Assembly: GCA_045563055.1 (NCBI GenBank)
Contig: JBJKUR010000008.1
Location: 131,786 to 195,785 of the forward strand
DNA: 64,000 nt
Reading direction: 5' to 3'
Source: Alphaproteobacteria bacterium
GTDB lineage: Bacteria; Pseudomonadota; Alphaproteobacteria; Methylaequorales; Methylaequoraceae
In this document: positions 34,261-43,708 of the stretch, one piece after another
Position numbering within the stretch: position 1 is the first letter of the stretch
Layout of the letters: every line of letters starts with the position of its first letter
Translations under genes and position numbers: made by a program
Notes under the pieces: generated by a model
The model's database searches: none
What the model saw: only the letters and a program-made list of their open reading frames with translations
What the model was told of the DNA's origin: nothing

Positions 34261-34785
34261 TTATTTTTTTTCGTCTTTTGATACTTCTTTTAATTCTTTG
34301 TCTTGGTTTGATTTGTCATCAATACTTTTCTTTTCACTAACAACAGAATTTTTTTCTGAGCTTTTTAAATTTCCAATGTTTTTATTAGTATTTTTTTCTT
34401 CCAAAACTGAATTTGATGTGTTCTGGGTTAAGTTTTTTTCTGCAATTCTTGCTGACTTTCCGCTTCGTTGACGAAGATAATATAGTTTAGATCTTTTCAC
34501 ACTTCCAATTTTTGCGACTTCAACTTTACTTATTTGAGGTGAAAAAAGAGGAAGGACTCTTTCTATTCCTTCTCCGTAAGAAATTTTTCTTACAGTGAAT
34601 GATGAGTTTATACCAGCGTTCTTGATTGCTATACATACGCCTTCAAATATTTGAATTCTTTCTTTCTCTCCTTCTCTAACTCGAAGGTGAACTTTTACTG
34701 TATCTCCAGGGCTAAATTTAGGAAGTTTTTTATCTGACTGAAGTTCTTTTAATTGTTCCTTTTCAAACTTTTCAAGTATGTTCAT
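34261..34785 (-). CDS. rplS: 50S ribosomal protein L19 with a long charged C-terminal tail
   Basis: [32 protein letters not shown]. Confidence 0.97.
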   Translation of the reverse strand: MNILEKFEKEQLKELQSDKKLPKFSPGDTVKVHLRVREGEKERIQIFEGVCIAIKNAGINSSFTVRKISYGEGIERVLPLFSPQISKVEVAKIGSVKRSKLYYLRQRSGKSARIAEKNLTQNTSNSVLEEKNTNKNIGNLKSSEKNSVVSEKKSIDDKSNQDKELKEVSKDEKK

Positions 34786-35486
34786 ATTCCCCTCTTATCT
34801 TTCTTAATATATTTTTCAAACAAATCTGGTCTTACCTTTTTAGTTTTTTCTATTGATTTTTTCAATCTCCAATTTGAAATATCTTTATGATTACCACTCA
34901 AAAGGACATCTGGGACACTAATGTCTCTCCAAATACTAGGTTTTGTATACTGAGGATACTCTAGTAGATGGTTCTGGAAACTCTCAGACTTCAAACTATT
35001 ATTGTTACCTAATACTTCAGGAATAAGTCTTACGCAAGCATCAATTAAAATAAATGATGCAATATCTCCAGAGGATAGAATATAGTCTCCTACAGATAGT
35101 TCTTCAATTTGGTTATATTCAATAAATCTAGAGTCTATCCCTTCATATCTTCCGCATATTATAACTAACTCTTCATACTTCAAATATTCGTAAATTAGAT
35201 CTTGGTTTATTTTTTTCCCACCTGGGGATAAATAAATAGTCTTAGAATTTTTGCAGGATTTTTTTTTGGCTTGATCGAGAGAGCTCTGCATAATATCTGG
35301 CTTTAAAACCATTCCGGCTCCTCCTCCAAATGGAGAATCATCCAACCCATGGTGCTTATTGGAGAATTTTTTAATATCAATAGTTTCAATTGAGAATTTT
35401 TTTTCCTGAAGTGCATTTCCAGTTATGGAATGATTGAGTGGGCCAGGAAAAATTTCTGGAAATAATGTTATAATCTTAAAATTCAT
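34782..35486 (-). CDS. trmD: tRNA (guanine37-N1)-methyltransferase
   Basis: [38 protein letters not shown]. Confidence 0.97.
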   Translation of the reverse strand: MNFKIITLFPEIFPGPLNHSITGNALQEKKFSIETIDIKKFSNKHHGLDDSPFGGGAGMVLKPDIMQSSLDQAKKKSCKNSKTIYLSPGGKKINQDLIYEYLKYEELVIICGRYEGIDSRFIEYNQIEELSVGDYILSSGDIASFILIDACVRLIPEVLGNNNSLKSESFQNHLLEYPQYTKPSIWRDISVPDVLLSGNHKDISNWRLKKSIEKTKKVRPDLFEKYIKKDKRGI

Positions 35487-35991
35487 AGTATTTTGGGTTT
35501 AATTGAATTTTTTTTGTTTTAAGATTAATGTCTAATATGTGATCTTCTATCATTGGGACAAGTAATTCATTGTTAATATGCACGATCTCTAAATAATCTC
35601 CAGCACCATGATTCTTTACATCGTTCACTTTACCAATCTTACGGTTGTTTATAAAAACGTTCAAGTTTACTAGGTCATAAAAATAAAATTGATTTCCTTC
35701 GATATTAGGAAGGTGATTTCTATCAACAGCAATTAGCTTTCCTGAGAACTTTCTGGCTTTATCCAAATCACTAATTCCTTCTAATGAACAGATAATTTTT
35801 TTAGAAGAAATTCTTGTTTGAATTTTTATTTTTTGGTTATCAACGAATATGCATTTGTATTTATTAAAGTCTTCATATTTTTCTAGGAAGCAATTTACAG
35901 ATATTTCTCCTTTAACCCCATGAGTTTTTCCAAGTTTTGCTATAATGACTTTATTTTCTTTACTAATATTCTGATTCCATTTAATAGACAA
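35476..35991 (-). CDS. rimM: Ribosome maturation factor RimM
   Basis: HGVKGE, FY..DL, GAGDYLEI; rpsP-rimM-trmD synteny. Confidence 0.92.
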   Translation of the reverse strand: MSIKWNQNISKENKVIIAKLGKTHGVKGEISVNCFLEKYEDFNKYKCIFVDNQKIKIQTRISSKKIICSLEGISDLDKARKFSGKLIAVDRNHLPNIEGNQFYFYDLVNLNVFINNRKIGKVNDVKNHGAGDYLEIVHINNELLVPMIEDHILDINLKTKKIQLNPKYYEF

Positions 35992-36011
35992 ATTTAACTC
36001 TCTTATTCTGA

Positions 36012-36605
36012 TTATTTTTCTGGTTTAACCTCAGCTGCTTGAGATGTTGCTTCTGGTTTAGCCTCTGGTTCTGCAGGTTTAGCTTCAGCTGCTTGAGATG
36101 TTGCCTCTGGTTTAGCCTCTGGTTCTGCAGGCTTAGCTTCAGCTGTTTGAGATGTTGCCTCTGGTTTAGCCTCTGGTTCTGCAGGCTTAGCTTCAGCTGT
36201 TTGAGATGTTGCCTCTGGTGCTCCTGACTTTTCTTCTTTAACAGCCTTTTCCATTTCTTCTTTTGCTTTAAGTTTTTCCTCTTTTGCTTTTAGTTTCTCT
36301 AATGTTTTTTTTCTGGGCTTATCTTGTTTTGTTTGTTTTGGAATGCTTGGTTTTTCTGATAAACCCTCTTTAGCAAGAAATTTGGTTACCCTCTCTGTCG
36401 GTTTTGCTCCAACTGAAAGCCAGTATTTAATTCTTTCTATATTTAACATAATTCTTTCAGGGTCTTCTTTTGTCTTCATTGGGTTATAAGTTCCGAGTCT
36501 TTCTAGATATTTTCCGTCACGAGGTGATCTTATATCTGCGGCTACAATTCTAAAAAATGGTCTTTTTTTTGATCCTCCTCTTGATAATCTAAGTGATACT
36601 GACAT
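36012..36605 (-). CDS. rpsP: 30S ribosomal protein S16 with a repetitive C-terminal extension
   Basis: RLSRGGSKKRPF, DIRSPRDG, GTYNP, YWLSVGA.PT.RV. Confidence 0.97.
   Translation of the reverse strand: MSVSLRLSRGGSKKRPFFRIVAADIRSPRDGKYLERLGTYNPMKTKEDPERIMLNIERIKYWLSVGAKPTERVTKFLAKEGLSEKPSIPKQTKQDKPRKKTLEKLKAKEEKLKAKEEMEKAVKEEKSGAPEATSQTAEAKPAEPEAKPEATSQTAEAKPAEPEAKPEATSQAAEAKPAEPEAKPEATSQAAEVKPEK
36021..36218 (-). repeat. 54-bp tandem repeat (3 full copies plus a 36-bp partial) inside rpsP
   Basis: Encodes PEATSQ(T/A)AEAKPAEPEAK three times, then PEATSQAAEVKP; copies are nearly identical at DNA level. Confidence 0.95.
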
Positions 36606-36618
36606 TTTAAAATCCTTT

Positions 36619-37998
36619 CTATGTTATTGGTTTGTTTTTATTAATTAAATTCTGCATTTCTGCGAACTGTCCAGAATTCATCATACGTTCGACATTCTGA
36701 TTATTCCCCATTTTTTTCATCATTTGGCTCATTTTTTTAAATTGTTTTAATAACTTGTTGATATCTTGAACATGTGTTCCTGAGCCTTTCGAAATTCTTA
36801 TTTTTCTTGATGCTTTCACAAGGTCTGGATAATTTCTTTCCTTTGGAGTCATTGAATTAATTATCGCTTTCTGTTTTTTAAAAATATCGTTATTTTTCAT
36901 TGATTCTTGCATTTTATCTTTTAGTCCGGACATGCCTGGAAGATATTTTAGAACTCCCTGAATACCTCCCATTTTTGTTAATTGGTCTAGTTGTTGGGAA
37001 TAGTCTGTCAAAGTAAATCTACCCTTCAAGAATTTTTGTTGCATTTTTTTTGCTTCTTTATCGTCAATCTCTTCAGAAGCTTTCTCAACCAAAGATACAA
37101 CATCTCCCATACCAAGTATTCTGTTTGCGATTCTGTCAGGATGAAAGGTTTCTAAATCTGCAATTTTTTCACCAACACCCATAAATTTTATTGGTGTTTT
37201 TGTAATTTGTCTCATAGACAAGGCAGCGCCTCCCCTTGAATCGCCATCTACTCTAGTTAAAATAGTCCCAGTTAAATTAATTTTTTCAGAAAAACTCTTT
37301 GCAGTATTAACAGCATCTTGACCTGTCATGGAATCTGAAACAAGAAGTATTTCAGAGAATTTAAATTCTTGCTCAATCTCCTTAATCTCATTCATCATTT
37401 TATTATCAATATGATTTCTTCCTGCGCTATCTAATATAAGAACATCAAAATCCAGATCCTTTGCTTTTTTGTATGCTAGCTTGGCAATTTGCAGGGGGTT
37501 TTTATTAGGCTGAATTTCAAGGGTGCTAATATCGTTATCCTTACCTAACTTAATTAACTGTTCTTGAGCGGCTGGTCTGTATATGTCTAAAGAGGCCATC
37601 ATTACTTTCTTATTATTATTCTTAATTATCCATTTTGCTAGCTTTGCAGATGTTGTAGTTTTGCCTGAACCCTGAAGGCCAGCCATCATTATCAATGCTG
37701 GAGGTGAAGAATTTAAGTTTAATTCGTCATTCTCTGAGCCAAGGAGTTCAGTCAATTCATCATTGACAATTTTGATGATCATCTGAGCTGGGGAAACACT
37801 TTTTATAATTTCTTGACCAAGTGCTTTTTTTTTAACTTTTTCTATAAAATCTTTTGCTGTAGAAATTGAGACATCTGATTCTAACAGAGCAACTCTAATC
37901 TCTCTCATTGCAGTGCTTAGAGATGATTCATCTATAACACCTTTACCTTTTAACTTTTCAAAAACATTAGAAATTTTATCAGTTAAATTTTCAAACAC
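36619..37998 (-). CDS. ffh: Signal recognition particle protein Ffh
   Basis: GLQGSGKTT, DIYRPAA, DSAGR, TRVDGDSRGG, Met-rich M domain. I used the GTG at 37998 (MFENL), preceded by a GGAGA RBS. Confidence 0.98.
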   Translation of the reverse strand: MFENLTDKISNVFEKLKGKGVIDESSLSTAMREIRVALLESDVSISTAKDFIEKVKKKALGQEIIKSVSPAQMIIKIVNDELTELLGSENDELNLNSSPPALIMMAGLQGSGKTTTSAKLAKWIIKNNNKKVMMASLDIYRPAAQEQLIKLGKDNDISTLEIQPNKNPLQIAKLAYKKAKDLDFDVLILDSAGRNHIDNKMMNEIKEIEQEFKFSEILLVSDSMTGQDAVNTAKSFSEKINLTGTILTRVDGDSRGGAALSMRQITKTPIKFMGVGEKIADLETFHPDRIANRILGMGDVVSLVEKASEEIDDKEAKKMQQKFLKGRFTLTDYSQQLDQLTKMGGIQGVLKYLPGMSGLKDKMQESMKNNDIFKKQKAIINSMTPKERNYPDLVKASRKIRISKGSGTHVQDINKLLKQFKKMSQMMKKMGNNQNVERMMNSGQFAEMQNLINKNKPIT

Positions 37999-38013
37999 GA
38001 TATTATATTCTCC

Positions 38014-38056
38014 ATACAAAAAAAGTCAGTGCACGAAACTCGTGGACTGACTGTAT
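38014..38056 (-). promoter_or_regulatory. Structured ffh 5' leader hairpin (candidate cis-regulatory RNA)
   Basis: Sense strand AGUCAGU-C-CACGA-GUU-UCGUG-C-ACUGACU: 12 bp stem with one C.C mismatch, followed by a U-run and the RBS. It is GC-richer than the flanks. ffh leader RNA motifs are described in alphaproteobacteria. Confidence 0.7.
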
Positions 38057-38125
38057 ATTTATTCATTGTTTTTATAACAAAAAACATTTAATTCTTAAAG
38101 AGATTTATTTAGATAAAGGTTTAAA

Positions 38126-38950
38126 ATGTTTGATTTTATTAAAACTCACGGCTTAGGGAACGATTTTGTTATTTTTCCTGAACATAAAAACTTAGGTATT
38201 TCAGAAAAACTTATAAAATTTCTGAGTAATAGAAAAACTGGTATAGGTTGCGATTTAGTTGTTTTTACTTACAAATCTGATAATGATTATTCACATATTA
38301 CTGCAAGGTTTTTTAATAGAGATGGTTCTGAAGCAGAAATATGTGGGAATGCTCTTAGATGTATTGGTAAATATTACTTTAAAAAATTTAATAAAAAACA
38401 TTTAACAGTTGAAACAGATTCAGGACTGATTGATGTTGAGCAGTATGATTCTGAAAAAATAGCTGTAGATCTAGGGATGCCAAATTTAAATTGGAAAAAA
38501 ATTCCACTAAGTGTTGAAACTCAAACAGAGAATTTAGGAATAGACTTTAGTTATCTTAAAGACGGTTTTGCATTGAATGTTGGAAACCCTCATTTAATTT
38601 TCTTCAATGAAGAAATAAATATCAAAAAACTTGAGAATGAAGCACAAAGAATTTCTAAAACAAGTCTTTTTCCCTCTGGAATAAATATAAATGTTGTAAA
38701 GGTTATTTCCAAAACTGAAATCAAAGTTCTAACACACGAAAGAGGCGTTGGAATAACACAAGCCTGTGGTTCAGGGGCTGGAGCTTCGGCCTTTGTTTCA
38801 AATAAACTAAATTACTGCGATAATAAAATTAAAGTTCAAATGAACGGTGGATATCTAGATGTTGAAATTACTAAAGATGGACATATTTTAATAATTGGTG
38901 ATGCTAAAGAAGTTTATGAGGGTAAGATAAATCTTAAAAGTTATGAGTAG
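38126..38950 (+). CDS. dapF: Diaminopimelate epimerase
   Basis: HGLGNDF, GIGCD, NRDGSEAEICGNA.RC, VGNPH, ERGVG.T.ACGSG. Confidence 0.96.
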   Translation: MFDFIKTHGLGNDFVIFPEHKNLGISEKLIKFLSNRKTGIGCDLVVFTYKSDNDYSHITARFFNRDGSEAEICGNALRCIGKYYFKKFNKKHLTVETDSGLIDVEQYDSEKIAVDLGMPNLNWKKIPLSVETQTENLGIDFSYLKDGFALNVGNPHLIFFNEEINIKKLENEAQRISKTSLFPSGININVVKVISKTEIKVLTHERGVGITQACGSGAGASAFVSNKLNYCDNKIKVQMNGGYLDVEITKDGHILIIGDAKEVYEGKINLKSYE

Positions 38951-38953
38951 TCA

Positions 38954-40204
38954 ATGAAATACAATTCAAAAGTTTTAAATCTTGGTTGCAGACTAAATTA
39001 TTTTGAATCAGAGATGATTAAAGGTATTTTAGAAAAAAATAAAATAAACAAAAAAATCGTAATTAATACTTGTGCTGTAACCAACGAAGCTGTCAAAAAA
39101 TCTATAAGCGAGGTTAAAAAGGCATCTATCAAATTCCCAGACCATCAAATAATTGTCACAGGATGTGCAAGCCAAATAGAAAAAGATGTTTTTGCTGATC
39201 TTTCCAATGTATCTAGAATTATTGACAATAAATTAAAAACTCAAGAAAACCTTTATTTGGATTTAGAGCATACAAATGGGGAGGAAGAGGTTGAAGAATT
39301 CCCTTTTATAAAAAATACATCATCTTCAAGGTCAAGAGCAATGTTGCAGATTCAACAAGGTTGTGATCATAGATGCACTTTTTGCATTATTCCATTCGGA
39401 AGAGGTGATGCGAAGAGTTTGCCGTTTAATGAAATTAATAAAAGAGCAGAATACATTATCAAACAGGGTTTTAACGAAATGGTGATAACAGGTGTTGATT
39501 TGACCTCATACGGTAATGATCTCAAAGGTATGCCAAGGCTGGGTAATGTGATTAAAAGATTACTGTCTTCTCAACCAGAGCTACAAAGACTTCGGTTGTC
39601 GTCAATTGATCCCGCAGAGATAGATCAAGATCTATTCAAATTATTCTGCTCGGAAGAGAGATTAATGCCACATATTCACCTGTCACTTCAATCAGGCGAT
39701 GATTTAATACTCAAAAGAATGAAAAGAAGACATTCACGAAAGCAAGTGATTGAACTATGCAGAAGTTTAAAGAGTTTTAGGCCCGAATTAACTTTTGGTG
39801 CAGATATTATTGTTGGTTTTCCAACAGAAACTGACAAGCAGTTTTCAAATACGCTTGACTTGGTAGAAACAATAAATTTTTCAAATGTTCATGTTTTTCC
39901 TTATTCCCCTAAAAAAGGGACTCCTGCATCAAGAATGCCGCAAGTTGATGAAGAAAAGAGAAAAGAAAGAGCGACAATATTAAGACAAACATCAAAAAGG
40001 ATTCTTCATAGTCATTTAAATAGAAAAATTGGCAAATCGGCAACTATTTTATTTGAGTCGACTAAAAATAGTTATACCAACGAATATTTTAAAGTTAAAC
40101 TCACAAAATTTAAGGGCAAATTTCCACCGGAATCTGGAGAAATACTAAATGTAAAACTTTTACAAAGACAGAATGAAGCACTTATAGCCGAGATTAAACA
40201 ATAA
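38954..40204 (+). CDS. mtaB: tRNA t6A37 methylthiotransferase (radical SAM)
   Basis: GCRLN..ES, NTCAVT, TGC, GCDHRCTFC, RLRLSSID; dapF-mtaB-ftsY synteny. Confidence 0.92.
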   Translation: MKYNSKVLNLGCRLNYFESEMIKGILEKNKINKKIVINTCAVTNEAVKKSISEVKKASIKFPDHQIIVTGCASQIEKDVFADLSNVSRIIDNKLKTQENLYLDLEHTNGEEEVEEFPFIKNTSSSRSRAMLQIQQGCDHRCTFCIIPFGRGDAKSLPFNEINKRAEYIIKQGFNEMVITGVDLTSYGNDLKGMPRLGNVIKRLLSSQPELQRLRLSSIDPAEIDQDLFKLFCSEERLMPHIHLSLQSGDDLILKRMKRRHSRKQVIELCRSLKSFRPELTFGADIIVGFPTETDKQFSNTLDLVETINFSNVHVFPYSPKKGTPASRMPQVDEEKRKERATILRQTSKRILHSHLNRKIGKSATILFESTKNSYTNEYFKVKLTKFKGKFPPESGEILNVKLLQRQNEALIAEIKQ

Positions 40205-41116
40205 TGGTTTTTGGCTGGGTAAAAAAACTAAAGACTGGACTGTCAAAGTCATCCCAAAAAATATCAGGAGGCATACAAAAAATTCTTAAAAGTAAGAAGA
40301 TTGATGATAAAACATTAACTGAACTTGAGGAACTTTTAATATCATCTGATTTGGGTGTAGAATGTTCAGCTAAAATAGTAGATGAATTAAAGAAAGCAAA
40401 ATTAGTCGATCCAAATTCCAAAAAAGTAAAGGAAATAATAAAAAAAAAATTAAAAGAAATTTTAAAATCATTGGAAAGCGATATACCACTCTCAAAAAGT
40501 CTATCCGTAATGATTGTTGTAGGAGTTAATGGAGTTGGCAAAACTGCAACAATTGGAAAATTGTCAGAGATGTTTTTTCAGAAAAAAAAAAAAGGTTGGA
40601 ATGGTTGCAGGTGACACGTTCAGAGCAGCTGCAGTCGAACAACTCAGAGTCTGGTCTCAAAGAACAAAGTCTGAATTTTTTTCTGCAGAAGAAGCATCTG
40701 ATCCTGCTGCACTCTCTTACAAGTCGATTTTATCTGCTCAACAAAAAAAAATGGACGTACTTTTGATAGATACAGCTGGAAGACTGCATAACAAAGCAGA
40801 CTTAATGGACGAACTATCTAAGATTATTAGGGTTGTTAAGAAAATTGATGAATCATTCCCAACGTCAATAATACTTGTATTAGATGGAAACACTGGACAA
40901 AACTCTATAAGGCAGGCTCAAGTCTTTAAAGAAACTTGTAATATAAGCAGCTTGATAATTACAAAACTTGATGGGACGGCTAAGGGCGGAACAATTATCC
41001 CAATTGCAGAAAAGTTAAAAATCCCGATTTCTTATATTGGAACCGGAGAATCGAAGGATGATTTAGTGAAATTTAATTGCGATGACTTCTGCAATGCTCT
41101 TCTAGATATTGATTAA
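40204..41116 (+). CDS. ftsY: SRP receptor FtsY, split by a frameshift in an A12 run (40582-40593)
   Basis: First ORF has the N domain and GVNGVGKT; second ORF has DTFRAAA, DTAGRL, TKLDGTAKGG. A11 instead of A12 gives one continuous frame. Confidence 0.95.
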
Positions 41117-42274
41117 TCTCTAGAAATCATCCAAAGTGAAGAATTTTCTTCATCGGTTATTAAAAAAATATTTCCTTTTTTGTCTATTTCAAAATCCCTT
41201 ATTCTTCCTATTTTTTGGTTTTCACTAATGATCGACTCTTTATGGATAATTTTATTATCATTTAAGACTAGTCTAGCTAATAATTTGGCTTTAGTTGCAC
41301 TAATAATTAAATCTCCCTCCCACTCTGGAAATATTTTTCCTTTGTAGAAAGCTATATTACCAACTCCTATTGAGGGGAACCCACGAAATGATGGGTTTGT
41401 CATATATATGTTTGTAAGATTCTTTTCCAATTTTAAACCCTGAGTATTCCATTCCTCCCCATGCAACATCTTTCCATCCAAAATTACCTCCAAAATTTAC
41501 CATTCCTATATTGTCTCCTCCGCGAGGGCCATGCTGTGAGATATAAATTTCATTATTATGCGGTGAAATTGTTATACCTTGTGGATTTCTTATTCCTATT
41601 TGAAATATTTCTGGCAACCAATTGTCATGACCAACAAATACTGGATTATCTTTTGGAATTGATCCATCTGTATTGATGCGAATAATACTACCTGGATGTT
41701 TGGTCGGATCTTGGGCAATCATGCCTTCATCCCTTTCACCAAAACCAGCAAAAAGTTGATTGTTTTTAATTATAATTCTTGATCCCCAATGTTTATTTTT
41801 TTTTAATTTTGGTTGGGCTATCAGTAGGATTTCTAAATCCTCAATTTTATTCCCGCTCAGTTTTCCTCTAGCAATTGCTGTGCTAGACTCTTTACTTCTA
41901 GTCAAAAAATCTTTTGATTTACTGAAATCATGACTATAGGTAAAATAGATATAGCCGTCATCGTGGCAGTATATATCTAGCAATCCCCACCCTGACCACT
42001 TCCATTATTTTTTAAAAAGGGTATTTTGTGTTCAATAACTGATAAATTCTTGGTTGCGAAATCTAATTTTAGAATCCTGCCATGCTTTTCAGTAATTAAA
42101 AGTGTACTCTCATCAACGAATGTCATTCCCCATGGAAAACTTAATTGATTATTAAATGTTTCTGTCAGTGTAAAAGGTACATTTGTTCTATTATAATTTT
42201 TATAGTTGCTGAACTCAAGAGAGTGGGCGAAAATTGAAAAAAAAAAACCCTATTAGAAAAAATATATGTAACAT
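41113..42274 (-). pseudogene. PQQ-dependent sugar/sorbosone dehydrogenase (YliI/GSDH family), three homopolymer frameshifts (pseudogene or sequencing error)
   Basis: Stitched reading gives a signal peptide, PWGMTF, ITEK.G, GQGG.LDI, HWGSRI, G.RNPQG, HGPRGGD, WVPSI and GRIRD. Breaks at about 42237-42247, 41985-41988 and 41374-41377. Confidence 0.8.
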
Positions 42275-42316
42275 TAAAATATTAAACTAATATAATTAAT
42301 TAATTTTTACAATAAA

Positions 42317-42769
42317 ATGTCAGAAAGCTATTATTTAAAAAAACATGGTTTATTCATTGAAGAACTTAAGGTTGGTCTGCAGGCTGTTTTCACTAAAATA
42401 ATTTCTGAGAAGGATATTCAACTTTTTTCTGAAATTAGTGGTGACGATAACCCTGTGCATTTAGATGAAAAATTTGCAAAGCAAAGCTTATTCAAAAAAA
42501 GGATTGCACATGGATTTTTATCCGCAAGCTTGATTTCAACTGTCATTGCAAAAAAACTTCCAGGACCCGGAAGTATTTACCTCAAACAATCAATGAAGTT
42601 CTTAGCCCCAGTATTTATTGGTGATGAAGTTTCTGCAAGGGTGGAAATAAAGGAAATTAATAGAGAAAAAAAAATAATCTCACTTCTAACAGAATGCTTT
42701 ATTGAAGAGAAAAAAATTATAACTGGAGATGCTCAAATATTAGTGTCATCAAGATCTGTTCTAAAATAG
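42317..42769 (+). CDS. MaoC-family (R)-specific enoyl-CoA hydratase (PhaJ/CroR-like)
   Basis: F..ISGDDNPVH.D, RIAHG, LPGPGSIY..Q..KF.APV.IGD. Confidence 0.88.
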   Translation: MSESYYLKKHGLFIEELKVGLQAVFTKIISEKDIQLFSEISGDDNPVHLDEKFAKQSLFKKRIAHGFLSASLISTVIAKKLPGPGSIYLKQSMKFLAPVFIGDEVSARVEIKEINREKKIISLLTECFIEEKKIITGDAQILVSSRSVLK

Positions 42770-43708
42770 ATGCATATTTTTAAATCATGTAAAATAAGTG
42801 AAGAATTTCTTAATTCAACCATTGCGATAGGAAATTTCGATGGTGTTCATATAGGACATCAAGCCGTAATAAATAAGGCAAAAGAAATTTCAAAAAAAAA
42901 ACAAACAAAATTAGGTGTTTTAACCTTTGAACCTCATCCAAAATGCTATTTTAACAAGAAGAATAACTTTTTTAGGTTAACTCCATTTCGAGAAAAATTT
43001 AAGATTCTTAAACAAACTGGTCTAGACTTTATGATTAATCTTAAATTCAATAGAGCTTTTCTTAAAACTAGTGCATTAGATTTTCTAAAAAACAATCTGG
43101 TTGATAAACTTAGAGTAAGCAATGTGGTGACCGGTTTTGATTTTGTTTTTGGTAACAATCAAATTGGAAATGTAAGTTTTATCAAAAAATTTGCTGAAGA
43201 AACTCGCTTATTTAATTTTTTTATGGTTCCTGAGGTAAAAACAACCCCACATATAGAAGTTTCGTCATCTAGTATAAGAAATTTTATTAGACAGGGAAAA
43301 ATAGAAGAAGCAAATTCTTTGCTAACTAGAAATTGGCAAATTTCTGGAAGAGTTGCTAAAGGTGAAAAAAAAGCAAGAGAAATTGGCTTTAGAACAGCGA
43401 ATATTAAAGCAGAAAAATTTTGTGATATACTTTATGGTGTTTATATGGTGAGTGTTAAGTTTGATAATAAAATAACTGACAAAATATTTCTTGGAATAGC
43501 AAACTATGGAATAAAACCAACATTTAACAAAAAATCACCACTTCTAGAGGTTCATATTTTTGACTTTAATAATGAAATTTACAATGAGAGAATCAGTGTC
43601 ATTTTTCATAAGTTTATTCGTCCAGAAAAAAAATTTGAATCTATTGTTAAATTAAAAGATCAGATTATAAAGGATATCAATAAAGTAAAAAATGAAAGAT
43701 TACTCTAA
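42770..43708 (+). CDS. ribF: Bifunctional riboflavin kinase / FAD synthetase
   Basis: GNFDGVH.GH, TFEPHP, G.DF.FG, SSS.IR, GF.TAN, LEVHIFDF. Confidence 0.96.
   Translation: MHIFKSCKISEEFLNSTIAIGNFDGVHIGHQAVINKAKEISKKKQTKLGVLTFEPHPKCYFNKKNNFFRLTPFREKFKILKQTGLDFMINLKFNRAFLKTSALDFLKNNLVDKLRVSNVVTGFDFVFGNNQIGNVSFIKKFAEETRLFNFFMVPEVKTTPHIEVSSSSIRNFIRQGKIEEANSLLTRNWQISGRVAKGEKKAREIGFRTANIKAEKFCDILYGVYMVSVKFDNKITDKIFLGIANYGIKPTFNKKSPLLEVHIFDFNNEIYNERISVIFHKFIRPEKKFESIVKLKDQIIKDINKVKNERLL

Noticed and set aside
36021-36218. Direct repeats as a possible CRISPR array
   Set aside because: Head-to-tail 54-bp units with no unique spacers, in frame within rpsP, and no cas genes in the window.
42275-42316. 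CtrA-type TTAA-N7-TTAA boxes in divergent spacers (also checked near 1200, 17750, 38090 and 57960)
   Set aside because: TTAA half-sites are frequent, but I found none with the 7-bp spacing; this is background AT richness.
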